A stretch of 64,000 nucleotides of DNA. It comes from Chiloscyllium plagiosum (Eukaryota). The first letter of the stretch is position 1. Each line of letters begins with the position of its first letter. The position numbers were made by a program, and so were the translations under genes. Positions 52,331 through 64,000 of this stretch are shown here, piece by piece. The stretch is taken from NCBI RefSeq assembly GCF_004010195.1, contig NC_057719.1, positions 45,033,766 to 45,097,765 on the forward strand. Reading direction: 5' to 3'. The notes under the pieces are model-generated. The model searched no databases. It saw nothing but the letters and a program-made list of their open reading frames with translations, and was not told where the DNA came from.

Positions 52331-55300
52331 TTGCTAAAATGTTTTAGGTTGTATTTAATTAGTTTTATTTTTCCAGTTTCAAAATTATTATTAGTTTCAG
52401 ATGATGCACCCTCCAAGGTGAGGAATCCATCGCTGCAGAATGGAATAATTTCCTCTTTTTTTCCTCCCAATAGAATCAATATTAAAAATGCCCAGATTAA
52501 ATATAATATGATTCATCTGAAATCTGAAGTTCCGTGTACATTTGACAGTGTCACGCAGCTATGATCTCAATTGCGCATTACAACACAAGTTCATGTAAAT
52601 ATTCTCATTGGAATGGAAGTTCTCTCTCTTTAATGACTGGTTGCATGTGAAATGTGTTTGGCATTTTGACTCAGTTCCTTCTTTGTAATAGGTCACGGCA
52701 TAGTTTTTTTTCAATATAGTTTTCAAGTCAAAGACTATGAAGTGAAGGGCATTGCTCTAACCCACTATTTGATATTTCTCAATTTCAGTAACAATATGTT
52801 ATTCTCTGTCAGTTCATTAATCATAGTCAACTATCACTGGCACACAACCATGCCAGCACACCTCTCCTTTGCAACACTGCCAGTTCCAGATGTCTGCCAA
52901 TTGTCCCCCTTTCATTCTTATCATCTTGTAGTGGCTGAGTTATTACCTACATTTTGAAAAGTCACATGGGCTCTTCATCACTGAAACTCATTGTGTATCC
53001 CTTGAATTTATCCATATGAAGTAATGTAGTAAACTTGTGTTACCAGCTGCAATCTTCTTGCAGTAACAAACTGTTATTTCATACAAGCCACTTCTTTTCC
53101 ATTCAGTCTTGCTCATGCTATTCTCCCAAGCTGATACTCAACAGTTCACTTGCATTTAATGGGCTGGATTTTCTGAAGAATGACAAACATAGTCAGATTG
53201 CCACTCCATTGTTTAAAAAGGAGAGCTCATTTCGAGAAAGAGATTCTGATCATGGATCCTGCAGAAAGGTGGAACATACCTTCAATCCAACTGTGCACTT
53301 GCAGAGCAGGTTAGTTGAGGGAAGGCCAATCACAGTCTCCCTCTTCACACCATGCCAGTAGTCACCACCTTATGGGATTTAATTGTCCAGCAGTGCAGAC
53401 AGCTACTTTGACTGTTCCAGTAAAATAGTAAGTCTGCAAGGGAGGTGTGAAGGTAAGATGCTAGGTTGTAGAGTGTCAGGTAAGTAGGAAGCAAAGTGGG
53501 TTCGATACTATGGCACAAGATAAGAAGGTTGCATGGTAACTAAGTAAGCATTTCGGGTGGGCGGGGGAGTGTGAGATATAGAGGGAGATTATCATGTTGT
53601 GTAAGGGGGAGGGGAGATGTCAAGTCCCAGGGGAGGAGAGTGGAGTGGCCAGTCCCAAAGGAGTGTTGGGTACACTGGCAGTGGATTATGAAGTATGGTG
53701 TTAGGTCCTGGGACAGAGAATGGTGTCAGATCAAGGGTGGACAAGGCTTGTCAGATTCCGGGAGAACCAAGAGGAGGGTAGCATGGTCCTGGTCCAGAGT
53801 GTGGAGGAGGCCTTGGTGGATAATTAGTTAGGGGTGTTTGAAGTGAGTTTTGGGGAGGGGGCTCAGTTCAATAGTTGCCCAGGAGCTGCATCAGGTTTCT
53901 AATTGTCCAACCTTTCTGGGAAAACTATTAACTGTAGCAGAACCCTCCGAATTGTCTGATTTCAGTGGGTATGTTCAGAGGGTTCCAGGGAGTAGGGTAA
54001 TTGCACAGCGCAATCTTCAGTTTCCTGGGCAATTCTCTTGGAGTCTGTTATCTCTGGGATTCCACAGGTTCCTGGTGTTCAACTCTAGTCTGTGCTGCAG
54101 AAATGACTATCCAGCCATTGGGAAATCCAGGCCAGTGTTCCAATCTCTTTCAGGCACTACTTCTATGCCTTAACCTGGGTTCTGCTCTCAGCAGTTCTAC
54201 ATCTCATGGCATGTGAAGGGAAAATGTAACGCAGTGATCTGAAGCAATTAGCTCGAGAATGGTTTCTATATTTTGTCAAAACAACTCTTGTTAGTAGATA
54301 TCCCAATGAATATAACTTGTGAAAATTAAGTTAAACTCGAAGTCTTAAACATCACAAATTTCTGAAATCCAACTGGTGATGTGGAAGCAAGGATACAGAT
54401 CTCCTCCTGTATTGCAAAAAATTCGAACGGGTTTTCTTGCCTCATGGCATGGTTTCGTTTTAATGTTGGAACTGTTTATTTTCCAAAAATGAATTTGCAT
54501 CTTCACCAATCTCCATGACTCATGAATGGTCCAAGATGTAAAATTTATTTGTGTGCAGGGGCAGACTAAACTTGCAATTTATAATGTGTCAACCATGACT
54601 ATCTATGTTTCTGGTTTTGTCTGTTGGCTGGTCAGCACCAGAATCTTACTCTAGTGTGGTGTGGAAATTTTTTTTTGCTGTGCAAAATTGAGCAATACTC
54701 AGTACTTGTTATATTTGCAGAGATCATTTCAAACTATACAACGCAAGATTGAATTACAGGCAATTACAGGTCTGTTACTTGATGTGGTTACTATGAGACC
54801 AGTTTGAGATGATCATTTAAGAATATTACACAAGTGTATTGACACATTTTCTAAAACTGTAAAGTGCATTTTTTTTCTCTATACAGTGCTGGAATAACAA
54901 ATAAGCTGAATAGCAAAAACACAGAATTTAAAAAAAACTTAGCATCTGTTATAGTTATGTGCCAGAATTCCTGACTGAAATCTGTAATGATCCACAAATA
55001 CTGCATCATACCTGGCTCCAGCTTAGGAGATACCAAAATAGTAATGGACCTTCAAGTTTGTTACCAAAACCTTACTTGTTAGTCTTCCAGTCTGGAAGGC
55101 ACTCTCCGATACCTTTCTACATATAATTACAAACTTTTAGATTTTCCAAACTTAAGATTATTTGTGTTTGTTGTTGAACAGTGAACGCTGTTAGATGTTT
55201 AACACTGTGGATCATGGAAATGTACAACCCACAAGAACCCACTAAATTGGAATTAGGAGCTGCACTCCAGGTTATATTCCCCCCTTGGGGATGCTGATTC

Positions 55301-56067
55301 ACTTAGTATGTCCCAACGAGAATCTTTTGTATCTGTTATTGTTATATAGATTTGAGCTCTCACTCTATACACGAACCTGCAGGTAGAGGAAAAATGATGA
55401 GATGCTATAAAAGGAATTGTGGCAAGGAATGTATATTCATTGAACTCACACTGTGGAGATCAAAGTAGATGCAAGTCTGTGCAAAGGTCACTAAAATCAT
55501 TAGCTTCGTGACTGTCTGCAAGCAAAATCATGTAGTCTGGATGCACAGCAACAACATCAATTTGTAGTTAAACAACCTTCGACAGTTAACAGAAGAATAA
55601 TCAGCCAAGTCAATGACTCGGACTTAGAGTGGGAGAGGGGCCATGGTTTATAAAGCGAAATCCATTTTGCAGAGCCAAGGTAGTTTTTTAAAAAAAAGGG
55701 CTGTCTACGGTGTGTCAATAGGAGGTAAGATGCAGACAAGGCCCAATTCCGAGGAATGGACAGATTAATTTGGAGTTGAGAGAAGAACCAGGTAATATCA
55801 AGAAGGGATCAGCACAAGGGTTTAAATTGAAGGGTCTGGGAGCAACTGTAGGTCAGCAGGATGAGGGGTGATACATCAGAAGGACTTGGTATAGTATAGG
55901 ATATAAGCAGTAGCACTTTGGGATGAGCTGAGATTTAGAGGATGGGAAATAGATAACCAGCTCAGTGAGCATTGGAAAAATTAAGTTTGAAAATACTAAG
56001 GCAAGAATGAGGATTCAGTGGCAGCTAGGCTGAGGTAGAGAGGGAGGTGGACAAAATACAAAAGGAG

Positions 56068-56301
56068 TCTAGATTAGAGTGGTGCTGGAAAAGCACAGCA
56101 GGTCAGGCAGCATCCGAGGAGCAGGAAAATCGACGTTTCGAGCAAAAACCCTTCATCAGGAATAGAGGCAGGGTGCCTGCAGAGTGGAGAGATAAATGAG
56201 AGGGGGATGGGGGTGGGGAGAAAGTAGCATAGAGTACATTAGGTGAATGGGAGTGGAGATGGAGGTGATAGGTCAGGGAGGAGGGTGGGCGAAGGTAGCC
56301 T
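56068..56301 (-). mobile_element. PLE terminal fragment with core-intact hammerhead, 15-bp TSD
   Basis: TSD aaaatacaaaaggag at 56053-56067 and 56302-56316; - strand CTGATGA-A-gggt tttt gctc-GAAA-CGTC at about 56132-56159. Confidence 0.87.
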
Positions 56302-56703
56302 AAAATACAAAAGGAGGCAGCCTTTGAGAAACAGTAGGTGAAATGTTTTGAAGCTCCTGGAAAGGGGAAGCCAAGTGGACAGGGGCACTTAACGGAGGAG
56401 AAAGCAAACTGTTATGTTCCTGATGGCGGGATAAAAGCTGTGGATTGCACTTGCCATTTGGCAAATAGTGAGAAGTTGTTTTTAATATATTGTCATGCCA
56501 TTAATCAGTATCCAGATGTAAATGCATGCCTTCAGGTTGATTAAAGATGATGTATGCAAGGTGAAGTGGTCTTCCTAGTGGATTGAAATAGATTAGTAAC
56601 TGCTTCCTTTGTATAGGGAGCGTTGTTGCGCTGGAGAGTGGAGGTACTGAGATCAGGTGATCATGACAAAGCTAGTTGAGGGATGGAGGTGGCAACTCCC
56701 TCG

Positions 56704-57850
56704 TAGAGTCATAGAGATGTACAGCATGGAAACAGACCCTTCGGTCCAACCCATCCATGCTGACTAGATATCCCAACCCAATCTAGTCCCACCTGCCAGC
56801 ACCCGGCCCATATCCCTCCAAACTCTTCCTATTCATATACCCATCCAAATGCCTCTTAAGTACCAGCCTTCATCACTTCCTCTGGCAGCTCATTCCATAC
56901 ACGTACCACCCTCTGTGTAAAAGTTGCCCCTTGGGTCTCTTTTATATCTTTCTCTTCTCGCCTTAAACCTATGCCCTCTAGTTTTGGACTCCCCCACCCC
57001 AGGGAAAAGACTTTGTCTATTTATCCTATCCATGCTCCTCATAATTTTGTAAACCTTTCTAAGGTCACCCCTCAGCCTCCGACGCTCCAGGGAAAACAGC
57101 CCCAGCCTGTTCACCCTCTCCCTATAGCTCAAATCCTCCAACCCTGGCGACATCCTTGTAAATCTTTTCTGAACCTTTTCAAGTTTCACAACATCTTTCT
57201 GATAGGAAGGAGACCAGAAGTGCACGCAATATTCGAACAGTGGCCTAACCAATGTCCTGTACAGCTGCAACATGACTTCCCAACTCCTGTACTCAATACT
57301 CTGACCAATAAAAGAAAGCATACGAAACGCCTTCTTCACTATCCTATCTACCTGCGACTCCACTTTCAAGGAGTTATGAACCTGCACTCCTGGGTCTCTT
57401 TGTTCAGCAACACTCCCTAGGACCTTTCCATTAAGTGTATAAGTCCTGCTAAGATTTGCTTTCCCAAAATGCAGCACCTTGCATTTATCTGAATTAAATT
57501 CCATCTGCCACTTCTCAGCCCATCTGGTCCAGATCCTGTTGTAATCTGAGGTAACCTTCTTCGCTGTCCACTACACCTCCAATTTTGGTGTCACCTACAA
57601 ACTTACTAACTGTAAATCTTATGCTTACATCCAAATCATTTATATAAATGATGAAAAGTAGTGGACCCAGCACCGAGCCTTGTGGCACTCCACTGGTCAC
57701 AGGCCTCCAGTCTGAAAAACAACCCTCTACCACCACCTTTTTGAACTAGTTCTGTATCCAAGTGGCAAGTTCTCCCAGTATTCCGTGAGATCTAACCTTG
57801 CTAACCAGTCTCCCATGGGGAACCTTGTTGAACACCTTGCTGAAGTCTAT
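56704..57850 (-). mobile_element. CR1 LINE, 5'-truncated
   Basis: [13 protein letters not shown], 204-aa C-terminal ORF2 fragment; same subfamily as 7150-8898. Confidence 0.95.
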
Positions 57851-58722
57851 ATTGACATTTCTTGAAACAGAAAGAAGCAGGACTACACAGGGAAGGTCAA
57901 TGTCTATAGATCGCGGGTCAAGATTCATTATACATGGAAGATAGTTGTACCTGGAGGATTGATTGGTGAGGTTCTGACAGTTGAGGATATTAGAAGGCAG
58001 GTCAAGGTTGATGGATAGCATAACAAGAGCTTTGAAGAGGACAATGACTGAGCGCTGCAGGATAACAGATACCAGTGGGCTGAGGGGATGTTGTTATGTA
58101 AATGCTGCATTTTTGAGGACAATGTGTTTTCTTTTGTCGATTGATTCACAATGTGAAAGTCAAAAGTGGAACAGTGTAGTATTCATTTATTAGTTACACA
58201 AGGTCCTGTAAGGCTGGCACCAGGTGTCTTTGGGTTGAAAAGCAACCTGGTAACAGCCTGTGGAACTTGAAGTTACTGATTTTCAACCTAAAGTCTCCCT
58301 GAAACTTGGGGCAGGGCTAATCGAGCAAATCAAGACCTCTGCTGCAGGTGAGGTCAGCCAATGAGAGTCAAGTCTGTGACACCAGGAGTTGCTCAGGGGC
58401 ATGGTGAGGGGGAGGAATAAAGAATGGGAGAGCAGTAGTAATAGGGAATTCTATCATACAGGGAACAGGAATATTTCTGTAACCACAGAGTTGACATCAG
58501 GCATGCACACTGCCTGCTTGGTACCAGGGACATGGCTGCAGGACAGTCTGAAGGGGGAGAGAGAACAGCCAACGGTTGTAATCAGTGTCAGTACCACGGA
58601 TATTGGTTAAAAGAAGAGGAATGTGATCCTGCATGCAGAATAAATGCTCTTGGAAAATAAATCAAAAGGAACACCTTGAAGATGGTAATCTCCAGATTAC
58701 TCCCACCGCCATGTCCAAGCAA

Positions 58723-58910
58723 AGTTTGGGAAAAGATTTGTAGCTCGGGTGCTCGTTGTTGTGGTTCTGTTTGCCGAGCTGGGAATTTGTGTTGCAGACA
58801 CAAGTGCAGAAGCGCTTCACAGGAAGCTCCCAAGCACTGAGGATGTCACCTAGACAGGGGACGAAACGTCTGCAACACAAATTCCCAGCTCGGCGAACAG
58901 AACCACAACA
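58723..58910. mobile_element. Hairpin insertion of a distinct ribozyme-bearing (PLE family 2) repeat, 12-bp TSD
   Basis: TSD atgtccaagcaa at 58711-58722 and 58911-58922; 43-bp inverted arms 58757-58799 / 58868-58910 with 1 mismatch. Confidence 0.85.
58834..58873 (+). ncRNA. Intact minimal hammerhead ribozyme motif (family 2)
   Basis: gca-CTGAGGA-T-gtcacct agac aggggac-GAAA-CGTC-tgc: stem I gca/tgc, stem II 6 of 7 pairs, predicted cut after 58870. Confidence 0.8.
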
Positions 58911-59340
58911 ATGTCCAAGCAAGATAGAACAATTGAATGCATAGCTGGAGTCACTATGTAGGAAGGAGGAGTTTAGATTCATGTGGCTTTGGGATCGATG
59001 CTGGGGAAGATGAGGTCTGTGCAAACTTGATGGGTTGCAGCTCAGCAGTACTGGGACTAACCACTGGTACTTAGGGAGAGGGTGTATACCAGAGAAGCAG
59101 AAGAACAGGAAAAGTGACCGGGGCTAGTGATGGGCAAGGGCGTTTGAAGAATGAGGGAAACAAAGATGGAAATGAAAGCCTGAAAAGTAGGAAGCAAAAG
59201 TTTAAGGTAGTGGAAACAAGGGCTAGCAGCAAATCAATCCATAGTGTAAAAGAGTATGAAAAATGTTGTCAGAACAGATCTAAAGGTACTATATTTGAAT
59301 GCACAGACATTTGTAGAAATGTTGACAAATTATGATTGTG

Positions 59341-59465
59341 GAGAAAGTGAGGACTGCAGATGCTGGAGATCAGAGCTGAAAATGTGTTGCTGGAAAAGCG
59401 CAGCAGGTCAGGTAGCATCCAGGGAACAGGAGAATCGACGTTTCGGGCATAAGCCCTTCTTCAGG
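59341..59465 (-). mobile_element. 125-bp PLE terminal unit (hammerhead + 3' tail), 13-bp TSD
   Basis: TSD aattatgattgtg at 59328-59340 and 59466-59478. Confidence 0.88.
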
Positions 59466-59468
59466 AAT
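59432..59468 (-). ncRNA. Intact minimal hammerhead ribozyme motif (family 1)
   Basis: attc-CTGAAGA-A-gggc ttat gccc-GAAA-CGTC-gatt; perfect 4-bp stem II; predicted cut between 59437 and 59436. Confidence 0.8.
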
Positions 59469-62400
59469 TATGATTGTGTTTACAAAGATAAAGATGCACG
59501 TTGCCAAGGCTGGAAACTGAACATCCCAGCATATTCAATCTTTAGGAAGAACAGGCAAAAAAGGAAAAAGACATTGAGTGATATTGTTCTTGAAGGATGA
59601 AATCCGTACGATTGTGAAAAAGAATCTTTGTGCAGTAAATCTAGTTGTGGAATCGATGTGGATGAAGCTAAGAAGCAACAAGTGATGGAAAACAGTGGGA
59701 GATATCTATTAGCTTCTAAACAATAGTAATAAATTATGGGATGTCATTAAATAGAAAATTCAAGATATGTGCAACAAGATGCTACAGCAATAATGGATGG
59801 TGTTAAGCTACATACAGTAGGCAAACCACATAGCAATAATACTGTGGTGGACAATTCCTGAAGATTGTACATGCCATTTTTGGTTTAGACCAGTACGTTG
59901 AGGAACCAGCTAGTGAACAGCTTACCCTAGAATTGGTTTTGTGCAATGAGTATTATGATTATTATTAATAATGAGTAATCTTGTTGTACAAGGTCCTTAA
60001 GGGGAAAAGTGACCATAATATGATTAGAGTTCTTGATTGGGGTCGAAAAGGAAGGAGTCCAATCCTAAACTAAAATCTTAAATCTAAACAAAGGACATTA
60101 CAAACTGGGAAACTTCATTAAAAAGTGACAGTGGATAGGTATTGGTTAATGTTTAAAAAATGAATATGTACATTGTAACAGTTATGTTTCTTTCAGGTGG
60201 AAGATCACAACAGGAAAAGTGGCCCAATCAGAGCTACCAAAAGAAATTAAGGGTAATTTTAGCTCCCAAAAGGAGTCTCATAAAGTTGCTTTAAAGAAAA
60301 GCAGTAAGCCTGAGGACTAGGAGCACATTAAAACCTAGCAAAGGAGGAACAAGAGACTAATGAAGAGGGGGAAAAAAAATTTGAAAGTAAATCTGCAAAA
60401 CTCTTACATGCACTGTAAGAGCTTACATAAGTATGGAAAAAGATATTTGTGCAGTCAAATGTCGGCCACTTACAACATGAAATGAGAGAATCAATAGTGG
60501 AGAACAAGGAAATGACAGAACATTAAACAATTTCAAAGAAGAAAACACAAATAACTTCACAGAATGCTAAAGAACCAACCATCTAATGAGAAGGAAGAAT
60601 TGAAGGAGATTAGTATTAGTTTAAAAAAAAAAGTACTGGAGAAAATAACAAGACTGAAAACTGATAAATTGCAAGGGCTTTATAGTCTTCATGTCAGAGT
60701 AATGAAGGAGGTGGCCAGGGAAGTGCATACCTTGCTTATTATCTTCCAAAATTTCTGGAACAACCCTGGTAGATTGACAGATAGCAAATGTGACACCATT
60801 TTTTTTTAAAAAAGGAGGGAGGACAGAAATGGAAAATTCACCGAACACCATCAGTAGGGAAAATGCTAGAGTCTTTAAGGATGTAATAAAGGAATGCTTA
60901 GAAAATATCAATGAGATTGCACAAAGTCAATGTGGATTTATGTAAGGGAATTATTTGACAAACCTTTTTTTGAGAATGCAACTGGTGGAATAAATGAGGG
61001 AGAACTAGTGGATGTGGTATATTTTAACTTTTTCAGAAAGCTTTTTATAAATTTTTGCATAGGAACTTATTGTGCAAAGTCGAAGCACATGGGATTACTA
61101 ATGGTATACTGATATTGACTGATTTGCTGACACCAGACTCGAGGAATAAGTGAATCTTTATCTGGGTGAAAGGCAGTGAGAAGTGGGGTATGCAGGGTTT
61201 AGTGCTTCGGGCCTAACTCTCTCTCTCTCTATATAAGTCAACTGGATGAAGATATCAAATGTAATATCTCTGAGTTTGCTGATGACACAAAACTAAGTAG
61301 GACTTGTGAGGAAAATGCATAAAGGCTTCAGGACAATTTTTAGATATGCTGAGTGAGTGGGAAAATGCAGTATAGCATGGATAAGTGTCATGTTGTCCAG
61401 TTCATTGGGAAAAACAGAATGAAAGAGTATTACTTAAACAGTGAAAGATTGGGGATATATTGGTGTACAAAGGGACCTGGGTGTCATTGTACACTGGTCA
61501 TTGAGAGCAAACATGCAGGTGAAGCATGCAATTGGTGTGTTGGTCTTCATTGCGAGAGCACTTGAATGAGAAGTGGTCCAGCGATATAGTTCAAACCACA
61601 CCTAGAGTATTGTGTGCAAATTTGGTCTCCTTACCCAAACAGGATATATGTGCCACAGAGGGTGTTCAGTGAATATACACCTGACTCATGCCTGGGATGG
61701 CAGTTTTTCATAGGAGGAGAGATTTGAGTCAATTGGGTCTGTCCCTGAAGTTTGGAAGAATGAGAGAAGATCTCATTAAATCATGTAAAATTCTGACAGG
61801 TCTGGATGTAGGAATGATGCTTTTCCTGGCTGGGACTTTTCAGATCAAGGAGACATGGTCTCAGGATAAGGTCAGGCCATTTTGGACTGAGTTAAGAAGA
61901 AATTATTTCACTGAGGGTGGTGAATCTGTGGCGTTCTCTAACACAGAAGGTGGTGGAGGCCAAGCTACTGAATATGTTGATAAAAAGTAATAGATTTCTA
62001 AAGCTAAAGGTGTCAAGGGGAATGGGAGAAGAGCGGAGCATGGCATTGATGTAGAGATTCAGCCATGGTTTTGTTGAATGGTAGAGCAGGCTCAATTGGA
62101 TAAATGACCTACTCTTCCTATTTTCTGCATTTCTGTCTCCTATATTTTAAATTTGCTTAGTATTAGTTAACCCATTTTTTTTCACTTGGTTAGAAAGAAT
62201 AAGTTTGTTTATAATGTTTTTCTTCTTTGTTGATTAAACCGGTGTGAGGTTTTGTCTTAGATAGCAGTTAAAGTCAGGCAAGTAACCATTTTAGTGACAC
62301 CATTGGTCAGGTCTCCATTTTATGATGGCCAATAATGTATTGGGGCTTGATTACCAGTTTTCGGGATGATGACAAGCAGTTCCGGGATCACTCCGACAAC

Positions 62401-62735
62401 ATGAGTTCTCTAAAGTAAAGCTGCTAGAGTAGAGCTGGAGATTGGAGTTGTCCAGAGTGGTGTGGGTGGAAATGTGGATCTCCAAATATAAGGTTTCCTA
62501 TTGGACAAAAGTGCTTAGGAGAGGAGGAAGAACCTTAGAGACTCTGCTGCCCAGATCTTCGATTGCCTTTCTTTGCAGTTCATCTCTGCTAATCAAGGTC
62601 ATAGAATGTAGCTTAGAGCTTGGTGACTTCCTTTGTGACGCACCTTAATGTTCGCCACCTACACTTTGTTTCTAAAGTTTGTTTCATATGTCAGCTCTTT
62701 TTTCAAAAAGGAAGTTGTCTGAATTCTTTCTTTAG

Positions 62736-62849
62736 TTTCCCACATTTTTAAAGTGTGCACCTGATTCTGAAATGTGGCATAAAAATGTTTTGCAAGTTCA
62801 GAAAGTGCCTCGTAATCTTAACCATTCCCTTTTGGCTTCTTTCTTCAAG
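62736..62849 (+). other. Candidate 114-nt exon
   Basis: ttctttctttag| ... ttcaag|gtaagc; open in phase 0-0 (FPTFLKCAPDSEMW..ASFFK); alternative frame from ATG 62785 gives MFCKFRKCLVILTIPFWLLSS. Confidence 0.3.
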
Positions 62850-62916
62850 GTAAGCACAATTCCTTTAATTTCTGATTTTAGCTATTTCATCTTTGGCTTA
62901 GTGCTTGCCAATAAAA

Positions 62917-63992
62917 TTATAGAACATAGTACAATACAGCGCAGAACAGGCCCTTTGGCCCTCGATGTTGTACTGACCTGTGAACTATTCTGTTAGTCCC
63001 CCTACCCTATCCCATCATCATCCATGTGCTTATCCAAGGATTGTTTAAATCTCCCTAATGTGGCTGAGTTGACTACATTAGCAGGTAGGGCATTCCACGC
63101 CCTTACCACTCTCTGCATAAAGAACTTGCCTCTGACGTCTGTCTTAAAGCCATCACCCCTCAATTTGTAGTTATGCCCCCTCGTACAAGCTGATGTCATC
63201 ATCCTAGGAAAAAGCCTTTCACTGTCTACCCTATCTAATCCTCTGATCATCTTGTATGTCTCTATCACATCCCATCTTAGCCGCCTTCTTTCCAAGGAGA
63301 ACAGACTCCAGTTTCTCAGCCTTTCCTGATAAGACCTTCCCTTCAGACAGGCAACATCCTGGTAAATCTCCTCTACACCTTTCCAATGATTCCACATCCG
63401 TCCTGAAATATGGCGACCAGGACTTTACACAATATTCCAAGTGTGGCAGCACCAGTGTTTTGTATAGTTGCAGCATGATATTGCGGCTCCGGAACTCAAT
63501 CCCTCTACGAACAAAACCTAACACACCGTATGCCTTCTTAAGAGCACAATCAACCTGGGTGGCAACTTTCAGGGATCCATGTACGTGGACTCCAAGATCC
63601 CTCTGCACATCCACACTACAAAGAATCTTTCCATCTACCCAGTACTCTGCCTTCCTGTTATTCTTCCCAAAGTGCAGCACCTCACAGTTAGCTGCATTGA
63701 ACTCCATTTGCCACCTCACAGCCCAATTCTGCAGTTTATCCAAGTCCCCTGCAACGTGTAACATTCTTCCAAACTGTCCACTACTCCACCGACTTTAGTG
63801 TCATCTGCAAATTTACTAATCCATCCACCTATGCCTGTGTCTAATTTAACTCCATTTGCCACCTCACAGCCCAATTCTGCAGTTTATCCAAGTCCCCGCA
63901 ACCTGTAACATTCTTCCAAACTGTCCATTACTCCACCGACTTTAGTGTCATCTGCAAATTTACTAATCCATCCACCTATGCCTGTGTCTAAT
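62917..63992 (-). mobile_element. CR1 LINE, 5'-truncated, with tandem duplication of its 5' end
   Basis: WQMEFNAANCEVLHFG, LYKTLVLPHLEYC, FFMQRVVRAWNALP; 63700-63845 repeated at 63848-63992. Confidence 0.93.
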
Positions 63993-64000
63993 GCAGCGGT

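Larger units (their letters stand above)
58400..62135 (+). mobile_element. Old near-full-length CR1 LINE (ORF1 esterase + ORF2 remnants)
   Basis: PTVVISVSTTDIG (ORF1 esterase-like), LKVLYLNA (EN start), WKLNIPAYSIFRKNR, GELVDVVY, FADDTKL at about 61275, LEYCVQIWSP, 3' UTR. Confidence 0.8.

Noticed and set aside
51193..52417. Hypothetical splice QQKVSKLLLVSDD resembling the ENPP KxLLVSFDG motif
   Set aside because: FDGFR motif absent and the frame has an upstream TGA; likely coincidence.

Overview
Repeat-dense vertebrate DNA, almost certainly from an elasmobranch (shark). That assignment is inferred from HE1-type V-SINEs, HER1/CR1-type LINEs and abundant Penelope-like elements (PLEs). No host protein-coding gene can be named. 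The recognisable ORFs in the track are decayed retrotransposon fragments; the rest are antisense shadows, assembly-gap artefacts or unassignable short ORFs. Content: young and old CR1 LINEs (two near full length with ORF1 esterase remnants), a second APE-type LINE family, tRNA-derived SINEs, one solo LTR, two N-gaps, and at least three PLE families. The most notable signal is a dispersed set of minimal hammerhead ribozyme motifs (CUGANGA-N-stemII-GAAA-CGUC) in PLE terminal repeats. Several are intact. Many sit in 80-250 bp TSD-flanked, often inverted, insertions whose boundaries lie at or next to the ribozyme. A few + strand candidate exons with good splice signals (about 20.4, 33.1, 51.2, 52.4 and 62.8 kb) hint at the 5' end of a large unidentified gene.
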